Source of the DNA: Malacoraja senta
Lineage: Eukaryota
Direction of reading: 5' to 3'
Assembly: GCA_038087875.1 (NCBI GenBank)
Contig: JAXLNO010002087.1
Span: 62,001 to 117,346, forward strand
DNA: 55,346 bases
Within the stretch, counting starts at the first letter, position 1, and every line of letters starts with the position of its first letter. Shown here piece by piece: positions 10,425 to 23,396 of this stretch. The notes beneath the pieces were generated by a model. It did no database searches. It had not been told where the DNA came from and saw only the letters and a list, made by a program, of their open reading frames with translations. Both the position numbers and the translations under genes were made by a program.

Positions 10425-10801
10425 CACACGTGTACAGTACTGTAGATGATGTGGTCATTGACCTCACTCACTCACTTCTTCACCATGTTGACCACACACA
10501 CACACACACGTGTACTGTACTGTACTGTATGTGGTCATTGACCCCACTCACCCACTTCTCCACCATGTTGACCCCACACATACACACACACGTGTACTGT
10601 ACTGTATGTGGTCATTGACCCCACTCACTCACTTCTCCACCATGTTGACCCCACACACACACACGTGTACAGTACTGTACTGTATGTGGTCATTGACCCC
10701 ACTCACTCACTTCTCCACCATGTTGACCCCACACACACACACGTGTACAGTACTGCACTGTATGTGGTCATTGACCTCACTCACTCACTTCTCCACCATG
10801 T
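10425..10801. repeat. Minisatellite, ~70 bp unit, about 5 copies
   Basis: CACACACACGTGTACAGTACTGTACTGTATGTGGTCATTGACCCCACTCACTCACTTCTCCACCATGTTGACCC repeated. Confidence 0.9.
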
Positions 10802-11883
10802 GACCCGATCCCGCTCAATCCGCTGCAGCTGCTGCTGATGATTTATTTATAACATCATTTACCTCAGGTCCGTTGGCAGCGACGTCACCAACTGCCGCTT
10901 CTCCGCCGCCATTTTCATGCGGTCGACGGGGAGACTCGGCCCGGGGCGGGACCGGCGGGCGGGCGGCCATCTTGGTGAGGGCAGGTGAGGTCGGCGCCGC
11001 TGATTGGTCGGATGGCGGCGGCCATCTTTGTGAGCGGTTGATGTCGGCCATCTTGTTAGGGTCCCGCCGTTCATAACGCCATCTTGAGAAGGTACCAAAG
11101 GCCCACACACTTGTGGTCCATTCTCCCCTCTAAACCTGTCTTGTCCACTCACCTGACAAGGGTCTTAGTTTCCAACCCTTCGCCCACCAGTGCCCATTTG
11201 GCTTACTTTGGCTGGGAAAGCACATCTCGTACCCGCAAACACTCAGCAAAGGAGCACTGCAAGGCTGCGTACTCTCTCCTCTACTCTCTCTCTACACCAA
11301 CGACTGAACCTCCACAGACACCTCTGTGAAGCTTCTCAAGTTTGCTGATGACACAGCCGTGATTGGACTGATCCAGGATGGGGAGGAATCTGCCTACAGA
11401 CAGGAAGTGTCACAGCTGGCGTCCTGGTGCCATCGCAACAACCTCGAGCTCAATGCTCTTAAGACAGTGGAATTGATTGTAGACTTTAGGAGAGCTCCCC
11501 CTCCCCTCACCCCACTCACCATCAACAACACCACAGTCACATCTGTGGAGTCTTTTAAGTTCCTGGGAACCATCATCTCCAAGGACCTTAAGTGGGGGTC
11601 TACCATCGACTCCACAGTCAAAAAGGCACAACAGAGGATGTACTTCTTGCTGCAGCTGTGGAAGCACAATCTGCCACAGGCAATGATGGTCCAAATTTAT
11701 ACGGTCATCATAGAGTCTGTTCTCACCTTCTCCATCATGGTCTGGTTTGGCTCAGCCACCAAGCACGACACCTGGAGGCTGCAGCGAATCGTCCGATCAG
11801 CAGAGAAGGTTATTGGCTGCAACCTTCCCTCCATTGACGAACTGTACACTGCAAGGGCCAGGAAGCGAGCGGGTAAGATCATC

Positions 11884-14047
11884 TTAGTTTTAGTTCTAAA
11901 AGGGTTGACGGTGGATATGCAATGGAAGGCATTTAAAGACTGCATGGATGAACTACAAAAATTGTTCATCCCAGTTCGGCAAAAGAATAAATCAGGGAAG
12001 GTAGTGCATCCGTGGATAACAAGGGAAATCAGGGATAGTATCAAAGCAAAAGATGATGCGTACAAATTAGCCAGAAAAAGCAGCATACCAGAGGACTGGG
12101 AGAAATTCAGAGACCAGCAGAGGAGGACAAAGGGCTTAATTAGGAAAGGGAAAATAGATTATGAAAGAAAACTGTCAGGGAACATAAAAACTGACTGCAA
12201 AGGTTTTTATAGGTATGTTAAGAGAAAGAGATTAGTTAATACAAATGTAGGTCCCTTGCAGTCATAAACAGGTGAATTGATCATGGGGAACAAGGATATG
12301 GCGGACCAATTGAATAACTACTTTGGTTCCGTCTTCACTAAGGAAGACATAAATAATCTGCCGGAAATAGCAGGGGGCCGCGGGTCAAAGGAGATGGAGG
12401 AACTGAGTGAAATCCAGGTTAGTCGGGAAGTGGTGTTGGGTAAATTGAATGGATTAAAGTCCGATAAATCACCAGGGCCAGATAGGCTGCATCCCAGAGT
12501 ACTTAAGGAAGTAGCTCCAGAAATAGTGGATGCATTAGTGATAATTTTTCAAAACTCTTTAGATTCTGGAGTAGTTCCTGAGGATTGGAGCGTAGCAAAC
12601 GTAACCCCATTTTTTAAGAAGGGAGGGAGAGAGAAAACGGGGAATTACAGACCAGTTAGTCTGACATCGGTAGTGGGGAAACTCCCAGTTCTTAAAGATG
12701 GGATAGCAGCACATTTGGAAAGTGGTGAAATCATTGCACAAAGTCAGCAAGGATTTACGAAAGGTAAATCGTGTCTGACGAATCTTATAGAATTTTTCGA
12801 GGATGTAACTAGTAGAGTGGATAGGGGAGAACCAGTGGATGTGTCGTATCTGGACTTTCAGAAGGCTTTCGACAAGGTACCACATAAGAGATTAGGTTAC
12901 AAACTTAAATCACACGGTATTGGGGGTTCAGTATTGATGTGGATAGAGAAATGGCTGGCAAACAGGAAGCAAAGAGTAGGAGTAAACGGGTCCTTTTCAC
13001 AATGGCAGGCAGTGACTAGTGGGGTACTGCAAGGCTCAGTGCTGGGACCCCAGCTATTTACAATTTATATTAATGAACTGGTTGAGGGAATTGAAAGCAA
13101 CATCTCCAAGTTTGCAGATGACACTAAGCTTGGGGGCAGTGTTAGCTGTGAGGAGGATGCTAGGAGACTGCAAGGTGACTTGGATAGGCTGGGTGAGTGG
13201 GCAAATGTTTGGCAGATGCAGTATAATGTGGATAAATGTGAGGTTATCCACTTTGGTGGCAAAAACGGGAAGGCAGACTATTATCTAAATGGTGGCCGAT
13301 TAGGAAATGGGGAGATGCAGCGAGACCTGTGTGTCATGGTACACCAGTCATTGAAAGTAGGCATGCAGGTGCAGCAGGCAGTGAAGAAAGCGAATGGTAT
13401 GTTGGCTTTCATAGCAAGAGGATTTGAGTATAGGAGCAGGGAGGTTCTACTGCAGTTGTACAGGGTCTTGGTGAGACCACACCTGGAGTATTGCGTACAG
13501 TTTTGGTCTCCAAATCTGAGGAAGGACATTATAGCCATAGAGGGAGTGCAGAGAAGGTTCACCAGACTGATTCCTGGGATGTCAGGACTTTCATATGAAG
13601 AAAGACTGGATAGACTTGGCTTATACTCGCTAGAATTTAGGAGATTGAGAGGGGATCTTATAGAAACGTACAAAATTCTTATGGGGTTGGACAGGCTAGA
13701 TGCAGGAAGATTGTTCCCGATGTTGGGGAAGTCCAGGACAAGGGGTCACAGCTTAAGGATAAGGGGGAAATCCTTTAAGACCGAGATGAGGAAAAACTTT
13801 TTCACACAAAGAGTGGTGAATCTCTGGAACTCTCTGCCACAGAGGGTAGTTGAGGCCAGTTCATTGGCTATATTTAAGAGGGAGTTAGATGTGGCCCTTG
13901 TGGCTAAAGGGATCAGGGGATATGGAGAGAAGGCAGGTACGGGATACTGAGTTGGATGATCAGCCATGATCATATTGATTGGCGGTGCGGGCTCTAAGGG
14001 CCGAATGGCCTACTCCTGCACCTATTTTCTATGTTTCTATGTTTCTA
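11884..14047 (+). mobile_element. 5'-truncated CR1 LINE, young, RT domain nearly intact
   Basis: ORF 12277-13950: KSPGPD, NYRPVSLTS, DFQKAFDKV, QGSVLGP, KFADD; one in-frame TAA at 12265-12267 upstream; (TCTATGTT)n tail ending ~14047. Confidence 0.93.
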
Positions 14048-14585
14048 TCTCTGACCCCTCTCACCCTGGCCACAAACTCTTTGAATCACTTCCCTCTGGA
14101 AGGCGACTCCGGATTGTCAAAGCAGTTTTTATCCATGAGTAGTAGCTCTACTCAACAGCCAAAAATCTGTAGCCTTCCTTTGATCTGGTATTTTGTTGGT
14201 TCACATGCTTGATCAATGGTGTTTTATCATTAGTGTTTTATTATTATTAATGTTTAGTGTTTTCTGAGTCATTCATAACTGTCACTGTATGTCAAGTTGT
14301 TGCTTGTGGGCGGAGCACCAAGGCAAATTCCTTGTATGTGAATACTTGGCCAATAAACTTACTTACTTATTGAAACAAGCAAAAAAGAGGAGCAGGAGTG
14401 GATTATTTGGGACATTGAGCCCGTTCCGTCATTCAACACAACCTTCTCTGTCAACCCCATTTTACAATTCTTTCCCTATAATCATTGATGCCATTTGTGT
14501 AAAAAAAAATATCCGCTACTTAACTGGATTCAGTTACTTGTCATCTACCATTTTTTCCGTGGGGTGAATTTTAAAGGATCTCTAT

Positions 14586-15474
14586 AGGGGGGTTGCACGT
14601 AAGGTCACTGGGTCATAGGGCTTGACGCACGGAGCCGCTCAATCCATCTGGAGGACATACGTAACTTCCGGTATATGTTATTAATGCAAGAAACGCGTAC
14701 TTTCGTACCTGTTAAAAACCGCAAAATGTTGAATTTTTTCGCTGTAAATAATTGTGGAAGTCGGGGTAACCGTGAGAGACATCTATCCTACTTCAGAATT
14801 CCAAAAGTGAAGCGAAATGAAGGTAAAGAGAAGCGAGAGCTGAAGGGACAACAGCAGCTAAAGTGCTTGGCGGACATTGGCCGTGCAGATATCGGAATTG
14901 AAAATATTGGGAATTATCGCGTTTGCTCACTGCATTTTATCAATGGCAAGGCATTATTTGGGTTTTTTCTTGAATCCTTTGGTGTCTAAAAAGTCTCAGA
15001 AGTGATAAATCTGGTTGTAAATTTTGCTTCAGAGGCGTTTACTTTTTGCCACTTGAGAACCATGGGCGATTTAAAAATTTTACAGCCAGATTTATCCCTT
15101 CTGAAACTTTTTAGATGCCAAAGGTATCAAGAAAAAACACAAATGATGCCTTAGTTGATGAAATGCAGTGAGCAAACGGCCAATGTTCGCCAAGCACTTT
15201 GGCTGTTGTTGTCCCTTCAGCTCTCGCTTCTATCTACCGTCATGTCTCCTCACTTTTTGAATTCTGAAGTTGGCTAAATGTCTCTCACGCTTATCCCGAT
15301 TTCCATAATTATTTACAGCGCAAAAATTGACCATTTCGGCGGGTTTTAACCGGCCCGCTACGCTGGAAACAATGGTAAGTGCTTGCCTACATTACATCGC
15401 GTGTAATCCATTTGGCATAGCGTAGCAACAGTACGGGTCATGGGGTCGTGACCCGACTGCCGTGAAACATCCCT
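14586..15474. mobile_element. Non-autonomous THAP-domain DNA transposon (ISL2EU/Harbinger-like), fold-back structure
   Basis: Ends AGGGGGGTTGCACG / CGTGAAACATCCCT flanked by AT on both sides; THAP-like ORF 14675-14989 (F.AVNNCGS...YFRIPK...YRVCSLHF); inverted second THAP copy at ~15140-15325. Confidence 0.7.
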
Positions 15475-15789
15475 ATATGGACGGGAAAGGAATGGAGGGT
15501 TATGGCCTGAGTGCAGGTAGATGGGACTAGGGGAGATTAAGTGTTTGGCACGGACTAGAAGGGTTTCCGTGCTGTAATTGTTATATGGCCGCATGGTTAT
15601 AAATAATTCATGAAATAAATGACTTCATACAGCTTCAATAAAGGTTTGCAAAAAATGTTACCTGAAATGTCTCTTTGCCGAGCACTGTGTGCAAACAGCA
15701 GAGAAAAGGTGATTTTGGCTGCAGCCATCTTCTGCTTCAGTAAAGGGAAGCTGGTCGGTGATTGGCCGCAACGCATCTCGCAGGCAATC

Positions 15790-16287
15790 AATCAATCAAC
15801 CTTTATTGTCATCTTGCAAAGCAACAATTGTACAGTGCAAAATGAGAAGACGTTTCCCAGGGAATACCGGAGCATCGCACATAAACATTTCACACACAAT
15901 AACAGTAAAAACAATCCAGTCCCTGTTGAAATAGTATAAATAATTAAAAGCCGGTAAAACAGCAACATTAAAATACAGTAAAAACAGTCCTTAAAATGAC
16001 CAGGGCAGCTGATTTGAGTGGCCAGTGCCAGAGTTGTTAAATTGTCAGAGCAAAAAAAGCCGCAGAATCAGGTGGAGTGACAGTTTAGCAGCCTCACAGC
16101 CTGTGGAAGGAAGCTGTTTAGCAGTCTGGTAGTCCGGGCTTTGATGCTACGGTATCTCTTGCATGATGGCAGGAGATCCAGATGTGTGTGGAGGGGGTGC
16201 AGTTTATCCTTTGCAATGCTCAGTGCTTTTTTCAGGCAGCGGCTCTGGGAAAGTTCTTGTACCGAGGGTAGGGAGACGCCAATGATA
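15790..16287 (-). mobile_element. Rex1/Babar 3' fragment
   Basis: KDKLHPLHTHLDLLPSCKRYRSIKARTTRLLNSFLPQAVRLLN; (ATTG)n tail at ~15790. Confidence 0.8.
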
Positions 16288-16710
16288 GAAACATAGACAA
16301 TAGGTGCAGGAGTAGGCCATTTGGCCGTTCGAGCCTGCACCGCCATTCAATATGATCATGGCTGATCATCCAACTCATTATCCCAGCCCTGCCTTCTCTC
16401 CACACCCCCTGTTCCCTTTAGCCACAAGGGCCACATCTAACTCCCTCTTAAATATAGCCAAATAACTGTGGCCTCAACTGTAGCGAGTCTGTACCCACAG
16501 ACGTTTCCCACACAGTAACACTAACAGACACACACGAGGGACAATTTAAACTTCTACCAAGCCAATTTACACAATAACCTGCCCGACTTCGGAGTGTGGG
16601 AGGAAACGGAAGATCTCTGATAAAACTCACGGGGAGAAGGTACAAACTCTGCACACACAGTACCCGGGTCTCTGGCGCTGTGAGGCAGTAACTCCACTGT
16701 TGCGCCAACT
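16288..16710 (-). mobile_element. CR1 tail (16288-16470) plus partial V-SINE (16480-16710)
   Basis: ATAGAAACATAGACAATAGGTGCAGGAGTAGGCC tail; SINE head CCTCACAGCGCCAGAGACCCGGGT on minus strand. Confidence 0.75.
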
Positions 16711-17124
16711 TGTATGTGAACTTTAAAAGGCAGGTTGCAACTTTATAAAACTTTGACCAGACCGTGGTTGGTGTATTGTGTCATACCTGCCAACATTTGA
16801 AAATAAAAAATCTTAGATTTTAAAAATCCGCCTTAGATCCTTGATTTTCAGGGGCTTTTAGTAGTTTTCTGATATCACAATATATTCAGAGGTGCCAGGT
16901 TTTGTCCGAGCATTTCAATATTCTCCTCCACACAGGATCACAAACCTGCCTTTCTCCAGACCAGGCCCCCCGGCGACTGCGGAGTTACTCCAGCACTTTG
17001 CCTTTTTATGTAAACGAGCATCTGCAGTTCCGTGCGTCCACCCCTCATTAGAACGCGTTAGACCAATCGTGCGCAGCACAAAACGTTCCATGAGGAAAAC
17101 GTTCTAACTTTTTGTAAACAAAAT

Positions 17125-18160
17125 GTTTTACCAGAATGTCGCCTGGATTCGAGAGCTTCAGCTACAGGGCGAGCTTAGGGACAGTTAGGGTCGACTCTCA
17201 GAATCTTTTTACGCCAGGCTGGAAATGTCCAAGACTAGTTGGTATCGCTGTAAGGAGAGAAGGGGAAAGTTTAATGGGGATGCGCGGGGCAGTGGTGGGG
17301 GCCTCATGTGCCTGACCTGGGGAGGTGGTGGAGGCAGATATGACGGATGTTTAAGAAGCTTTTAGGTGGGCATGTGGAAGTGGAGGGGAGAGAGGGATAT
17401 GGATCATGTACAGGCAGATGAGAGTTTAACCTGGCGTCATGTTCGGCACAAACATTGTGGGCCGAAGGGCCCGTTCCTGTGCTGTACTGCCCTACGTTCT
17501 AACCATCCAATCACCAACTAGAGAGCAGACCCCACCTACCATCTACTGCATTGGCAGATGTTTTCTGCCGCTCACCTCCGGCGACAAACTCTTTGAATCA
17601 CTTCTTTCTGGGAGGCGACTCCGGACTATCAAAGCTGCTACAGTCAGACATAAAACAGCTTTTTCCCACGAGCAGTAACTCTATTCAACAGCCAAAAGAC
17701 CGTAGCCTCTTTTTACTCCGGTACTTTATTTTCACATGTTTGAATTATAATATTTTATTTTTTATTGTCTACAGAATATCTTGTTGTTACCTGCGAGCAA
17801 AGCACCAATGTAAATGCCTTGGATGTGGACCTACTTGGCTAATAACATTTTTATTCATTCATTATTATTCATTGAATACAATAGACAATAGGTGCAGGAG
17901 TAGGCCATTCTGCCCCTCGAGCCAGCACCGCTATTCACCGTGATCATGCCAATCATCCACAATTAATACCCTGTTCCTGCCTTCTCCCTATATCCCTTGA
18001 CGCCGCTATCTTTAAGAGCTCTGTCCAGCTCTCTCTTGAAAGCATTCAGAGAATCGGCTTCCACCACCATCTGCGGCAGTGAATTTCACAGACTCTCAAC
18101 ACTCTGTGTGAAATGGTTTTCCTCATCTCCGTTCAAAATAAATTACCCCTTATTCTTAAA
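17125..18160. mobile_element. Cluster of degenerate CR1 (+, 17125-17500), Rex 3' end (+, 17545-17860) and CR1 tail (-, 17878-18160)
   Basis: CR1 3' UTR GGGCCGAAGGGCCCGTTCCTGTGCTGTAC; Rex SGDKLFESLLSGRRLRTIKA; CR1 tail signature. Confidence 0.7.
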
Positions 18161-18799
18161 CTATCCCTCAGACTATCTTTAATCAGACTTTACCTTGCAC
18201 TAATCGATATTCCCTTAATCCTATATCTGTACACTGTGGATGGGTTGATTGTAATCCTGTATTGTCCTTCCACTAACTGGTTAGCACACAACAAAAAAAG
18301 CTTTACACTGTACCTATCCCCGTAGCTGAAGCACTCTAATCCAGGCAGTATTCTGGGAGAACATTTTGTTTTCATAAAGTTAGAACAGTCTCGTCGTAAA
18401 ACATTTTGTGGTTGAAACGTCAGGCTGGGACACTTGCACCCCGCTGAGTTACTCCAGCACTTTGCATCTTTTTTTAAAAGTACGCAGGCATCTACAGTTC
18501 CTCATGGCTATGTTTTCATTTTTTTAGTATGCGCCGACCAGCGATAACCTGTTCACTAGGTCTACCCTACTCACTGGGGGCAATTTTCAGAATTAATCTA
18601 CACACCTGCACATCTTTGGAATGTGGGAGGAAATCGGAGCACCCGGAGAAAACACACACAGTCACAGAGAGAACGTACAAACTCTAGTCCCACCTGCCTG
18701 AATTTGGCCCATGTCCCTCTCAACCTTTCCAGACCTGTCAAAATGTATTTTAAATCAAAGATAAGAAACAAAATGCTGGAGTAACTCAGCGAGACGGGC

Positions 18800-19530
18800 A
18801 GCATGTTGTTAAAAAAGGAACTGCAGATGCTGGAAAATCGAAGGTACACAAAAATGCTGGAGAAACTCAGCGGGTGCAGCAGCATCTATGGAGCGAAGGA
18901 AATAGGCAACGTTTCGGGCCGAAACCCTTCTTCAGACTGATAGGGGGTGGGGGGAAGAAAGGAAAAAAGGAAAAAGGCGGAGGAGGAGCCCGAGGGCTGG
19001 GGGAGGGGAGGAGACAACCAGAGGGCTGATGAAGGGGAGGGGACAGCAAGGGCTAGCAGAATTGGGAGAATTCAATGTTCAAGCCCCCAGGATGTAGACT
19101 GCCCAAGCAGAATATGAGGTGCATTTCCTCCAATTTACGGTGTTGCTTGCTGTGGCCATGGAGGAGACCCAGGACAGAGAGGTCAGATACGGAATGGGAG
19201 GGGGAGTTGAAGTGCTGAGCCACCGGGAGCTCAGGTTGGTTATTGCGGACCGACCGGAGGTGTTCGGCGAAACGATCGCCAAGCCTCCGCTTGGTCTCAC
19301 CGATGTAGATCAGCTGGCATCTAGAGCAGCGGATGCAATAGATGAGGTTGGAGGAGATGCAGGTGAACCTCTGTCGCACCTGGAACGACTGCTTGGGTCC
19401 TTGAATGGAGTCGAGGGGGGAGGTGAAGGGACAAGTGTTGCATCTCTTGCGGTTGCAAGGGAAAGTACCAGGGGAGGGGGTGGTATGGGAGGGAAGGGAA
19501 GAATTGACAAGGGAATTGACGGGCAGCATC
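18800..19530 (-). mobile_element. 5'-truncated Penelope copy (GIY-YIG region plus pLTR), same family as 6099-10175
   Basis: ORF 19053-19529 nearly identical to the C-terminus of the 1213-aa ORF. Confidence 0.92.
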
Positions 19531-19618
19531 TCTGGCGAGAAGGAATGGGTGACGTTTCATGTTGAGACCCTTCTTCAGAGTGATGACAGAGATAAAATGT
19601 AGTCAGAGACAGTGAGAA

Positions 19619-19887
19619 TGTTAAACTGAGTTATTTTGTCAATCTAAAGTCAAGAAAACTTGACTTAAATGCTTGTAGCTGTTGGAATTGATTCTTTATT
19701 CAGTACTGAGACAATTCTTTGAACCTTCCAACACAGAGCTAGAAGCTCCGGGGCAGCTCCAAAGTATTTGTGTTTTTGATACAAACTCATTGCTTTATAT
19801 AGGTATTTAGACATTTCAAATACAGAGGGTAGGACAACTGGTAACCAATCATCTGAGTCCTTTTGGTGATTTACAACATCAGTCACA
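19619..19887 (-). promoter_or_regulatory. ERV-A 3' LTR (~269 bp)
   Basis: Minus strand TGTGAC...TTTAACA, preceded by purine tract AGGAAAGGGGA; contains CCTATATAAAG and AATAAA. Confidence 0.7.
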
Positions 19888-21226
19888 GGATATCCCCTTT
19901 CCTGATGTCTTTTTACAATCTTTGTTTGTCTATGGTATAACTCTATAACTTTTAGAATTATTTTATTTCAACACAGCAAAACCCCTGTAGGCTTTTATCA
20001 AAGACCCCTCTTCAAAATATAAGATACATACAATGATCACTCAAGTCATACACACTTTCTATACCAAGAGAAAAGATATTTCTATAAATCTAAACAATTT
20101 CTCTAAGTCTAAAGTGTACCTTTCTACTAAGACAATACATTGCATAATTGGTGTTACTATAATTTTACACATTTTGAAATACCATTACCTATGTCTTTAA
20201 AACATTAACTATATAAGTTTGCTGAATTACAGTTTCTAAGTTCAAAACGCACATTTCCATCTCCCATCCAAAGATACATGGGTCGTAAATCTGTCAATTT
20301 AGTTAATATGAGTTTGGTACCTTTCCTGTTATCGGGAAGCAGGATTTCCAATCTCATGTAACAGACAGAACACAAGGTACAAGGTACAACCCAGACCATT
20401 ACGTCAGAATTCCATCTGCTTCAACCTTCTATAAACAACTCCCTCAATCTAATTATTTCTCAAAGCAACTATTCCTTCACTTACATCTTATTCCTTATCA
20501 CACTCATTATAATTTTACACAGCCAAGGCTAACTGCAGTCTATCATCTCTCAGCCTTGAATTCTGTCTCAAACCTAGCATAACAAGCCATAACTCTTCAC
20601 GTTTATGTCACATTCAGAGCTCAAAAATGTGCCATAGAGACAGAGCAGATGGCCTAAGAAGAGGCCCCTTATTCAGCTTCCCATTCTTCAACACAAAGCC
20701 ATATCAAATACAATTTCCTCCAGTGCTATAATTGCCCCCAAACAATAACCTAAGCTAAGCAGGTTCAGGCCTCCATGTTTTGATTCATCTTTGCCTGTGT
20801 GTATGTGTCAGTTTGCACTTTATTTCAGTTCAGGGAAACTTTAAGCTTTTCTTTTGCAATTCACCTAGCTTATATAAAAGTCTCTATCCAAGCCGTTCTA
20901 TTTGTATAATATTTCCTCATTCCTCACACTGGTCATTCTATGACCACTAATAGGATAATAACACAAGGCAGAGATTCATCAGCATTGGCTTATTAGTCAT
21001 CCACGTTTATACCTAACCTCGAGATGCTTTATAGCCCCCAAAACCTGGACCACGTAGGTCAGCAGGCTGGCTTGTTGACACCAATGCTGTTCCCTACTTC
21101 TCTGCTGTGCTTCCAACCCTAGCCCTTATGGTGCTCAATTATTCTGGACTTAATAGCATTCCTCCTTCTCCACATTATTAAGTCTATTACACTCCTCCTC
21201 CAACATTTCCTTCTCTACCTGCTGGT

Positions 21227-23120
21227 TCACACGTCTCTACTTCCATCAGACTCCAACATCGTAATGTCTTCTTCTAGGTGCTGCAATAAGACCTGCCCAC
21301 CAGTTTCCACATTACCCAAGGCTGTCATTAGTCTGGTGATGATACATTTAACAATAGCAATTCCCACTAACAAACACATGATCACTATTGCTGCATTTAT
21401 GGCCATGCTGATGATCCAATTATATAATCCCCCAAAACCCCAGTTTCCCCATCCAACACCCTCCTTCATTCCATCAAGCAGGGTAGTAATGTCCTCTTGA
21501 TGTTTGGTGATATTACTAGTTCTATCCTGAACTCCCATCATATATTTATCTTTTACAATAGCACACGTCCCTCCCTCACGGGCCAACAGATAATCTAAGG
21601 CATATCTATTCTGTAAAGAGAACAGATGCATTTCTGATAGTTGGGTTTTTATTGCCTCCAAGGCGCCAGCAGTGGCATTTCCCAAAATGGTTTGTCCACA
21701 AATCATATAGTGGCATTTGCCAAAATGGTTAGTCCACAAATCATATAGTTTCGATGTTTTGCTGCCAACCCTCCCCCTACACCTCTGAAAGTAAGCAGGC
21801 TTAGTACTCCCCATCCCGCAGCATCCCACCTAGATGTTCCCATTGTAGTTGGGTTTCTCCAATTGGCACAGAATTCGGCGGATATTGCCCTGCGCAGAGT
21901 CCTTTGGTTTTGTAGGGACCAACTCTCTGGGCAGGGAACGGTGGTGGGGACAAGGATCCCGATGGCTACGTTCTTTGGAAAAGGAGGTTTTAGCACATTG
22001 GTCCCTTTGCCATTGAAAAAGAAGTAATACCCTTCCTCGGTGTATATGGACCCATGACAGTCCATGCGTGTATTAATCACCTTGCCACCCTTTGCCCAGT
22101 CCATCCAATTGCTTGAAATCCAATTGGTGTATCTTGGGATGGGCAAGTGATAGAATCCTACAGTTAGATGGGTTCCATTGGCCCACCCACAAAGCAGTTG
22201 AAACCCTGCAGATACTGGGACGCATCATTTGGGAATGGTGCATTGGATGCCCTTAGATGTGCTGTTGCAACTAGGTTGTCGTGGGGTTCGTACTATGCAC
22301 GTAATGTTGGAAGGGACGTCAACAACTATGCACCCGTATCCCTGGTTAGTGAAGCATCATCCGTATTGTCTATTGTCGGTGTCAGGGGTAAAGTTACACG
22401 GCATTAGTGGTTCTACTCTGGTACCCGAAGAGTTTTGACAGCTTGGGTATGAATGCTTATTGTCGCCAGGTAATGGCAAACAGTTAGCTGGTGGGGCTAA
22501 GAACTCGTCATAATAGATGGTGACAGCTTTGACCGGAACTGGCATCTCATCTTGACACTTTACTAATCGTTAAATCCTTCCCCACTCAGGAGATACTGTA
22601 AATAGGCTAATAACAGATTTCATAGCGGGGTAACAGACAACTTGCCCTTTACCAAATAATTCATTATGGGTCCGTATAAACACGTTAGTGTCTTTTTCTT
22701 CAAATTCTCCCTTTTCCCGTATTTGTTGTTCAGGTTCTGTCCTTTGGAGCCCCGGGTGGACCTGTAATGCTACTTGATAACATAGTCCATCATACAAGTG
22801 TTTATTTAGAGTTCGGTCCTCCCCGGGGTTCCTCCTGCAAGATAAGTCAACCCTGCATATCCGGTACCCACATGGAAACTCGCAGAGTGACTGATCAATT
22901 AGGTAGAGGCTTCAGTTAGTCTGTTGCATTTTGCCATGGCAGTAGTTAATTTATTTATGTTCCATCTTACGAGGACTTCTGGGCCTCTACATTGTACAAC
23001 ATCTCCTTTGCAGAGGTGAAATATCCTATATGCGTGTCCTGGGACACATCGTCGAATCTCTCCTTTATTTCCCCCTGTCTGCAGAAGCATTAGGTTGCAT
23101 GGCAGGAAAAATCGCCTCAT
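21227..23120 (-). pseudogene. env: ERV-A env, disrupted
   Basis: Splice acceptor CTTTGCATTTTCCAG 10 nt before ATG 23120; furin-like RTLRR|AIS; ISD LQNRYALDYLLAREGGTC; hydrophobic anchor WIISMAINAAIVIMCLLVGIAIV; stops plus a 38-bp tandem duplication (21671-21746) causing a frameshift. Confidence 0.88.
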
Positions 23121-23396
23121 TTGAATATATCTGGAAAATGCAAAGGGTTACAAAAAGTTCATTTCTTACTTAATTGACTTAATCAACTATTCACTCAAGT
23201 TAACCATCCTTCAGTCAGTCAGTCCAGTTATCAGTCACATATTCTTAACCATATAGCAAAATAAGGATTCAAAACTAAACTTATAATGCTACAACTAAAC
23301 GTATAATGATACAACTAAACTTATAATGATACAACTCCCAAGCAAAGCAGCAATGTAAAAACTAAAAACTCTGAGTTGAAAATAAAATGACTCTTC

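Larger units (their letters stand above)
10176..14350 (+). mobile_element. Non-autonomous Rex1/Babar-type element (10176-11883 plus 14048-14350) split by a CR1 insertion
   Basis: KFADDTAVIG...RARKRAGKII stops at 11883 and resumes (SDPSHPGHKLFESLPSGRR) at ~14048 after the CR1 tail. Confidence 0.85.

Noticed and set aside
10425-10801. Regular repeat array as a possible CRISPR
   Set aside because: No unique spacers, units are contiguous, eukaryotic context; it is a minisatellite
11326-12267. 313-aa ORF that looks like a novel RT fusion gene
   Set aside because: Accidental in-frame join of Rex RT with a CR1 inserted at 11884; the Rex sequence resumes after the CR1 tail
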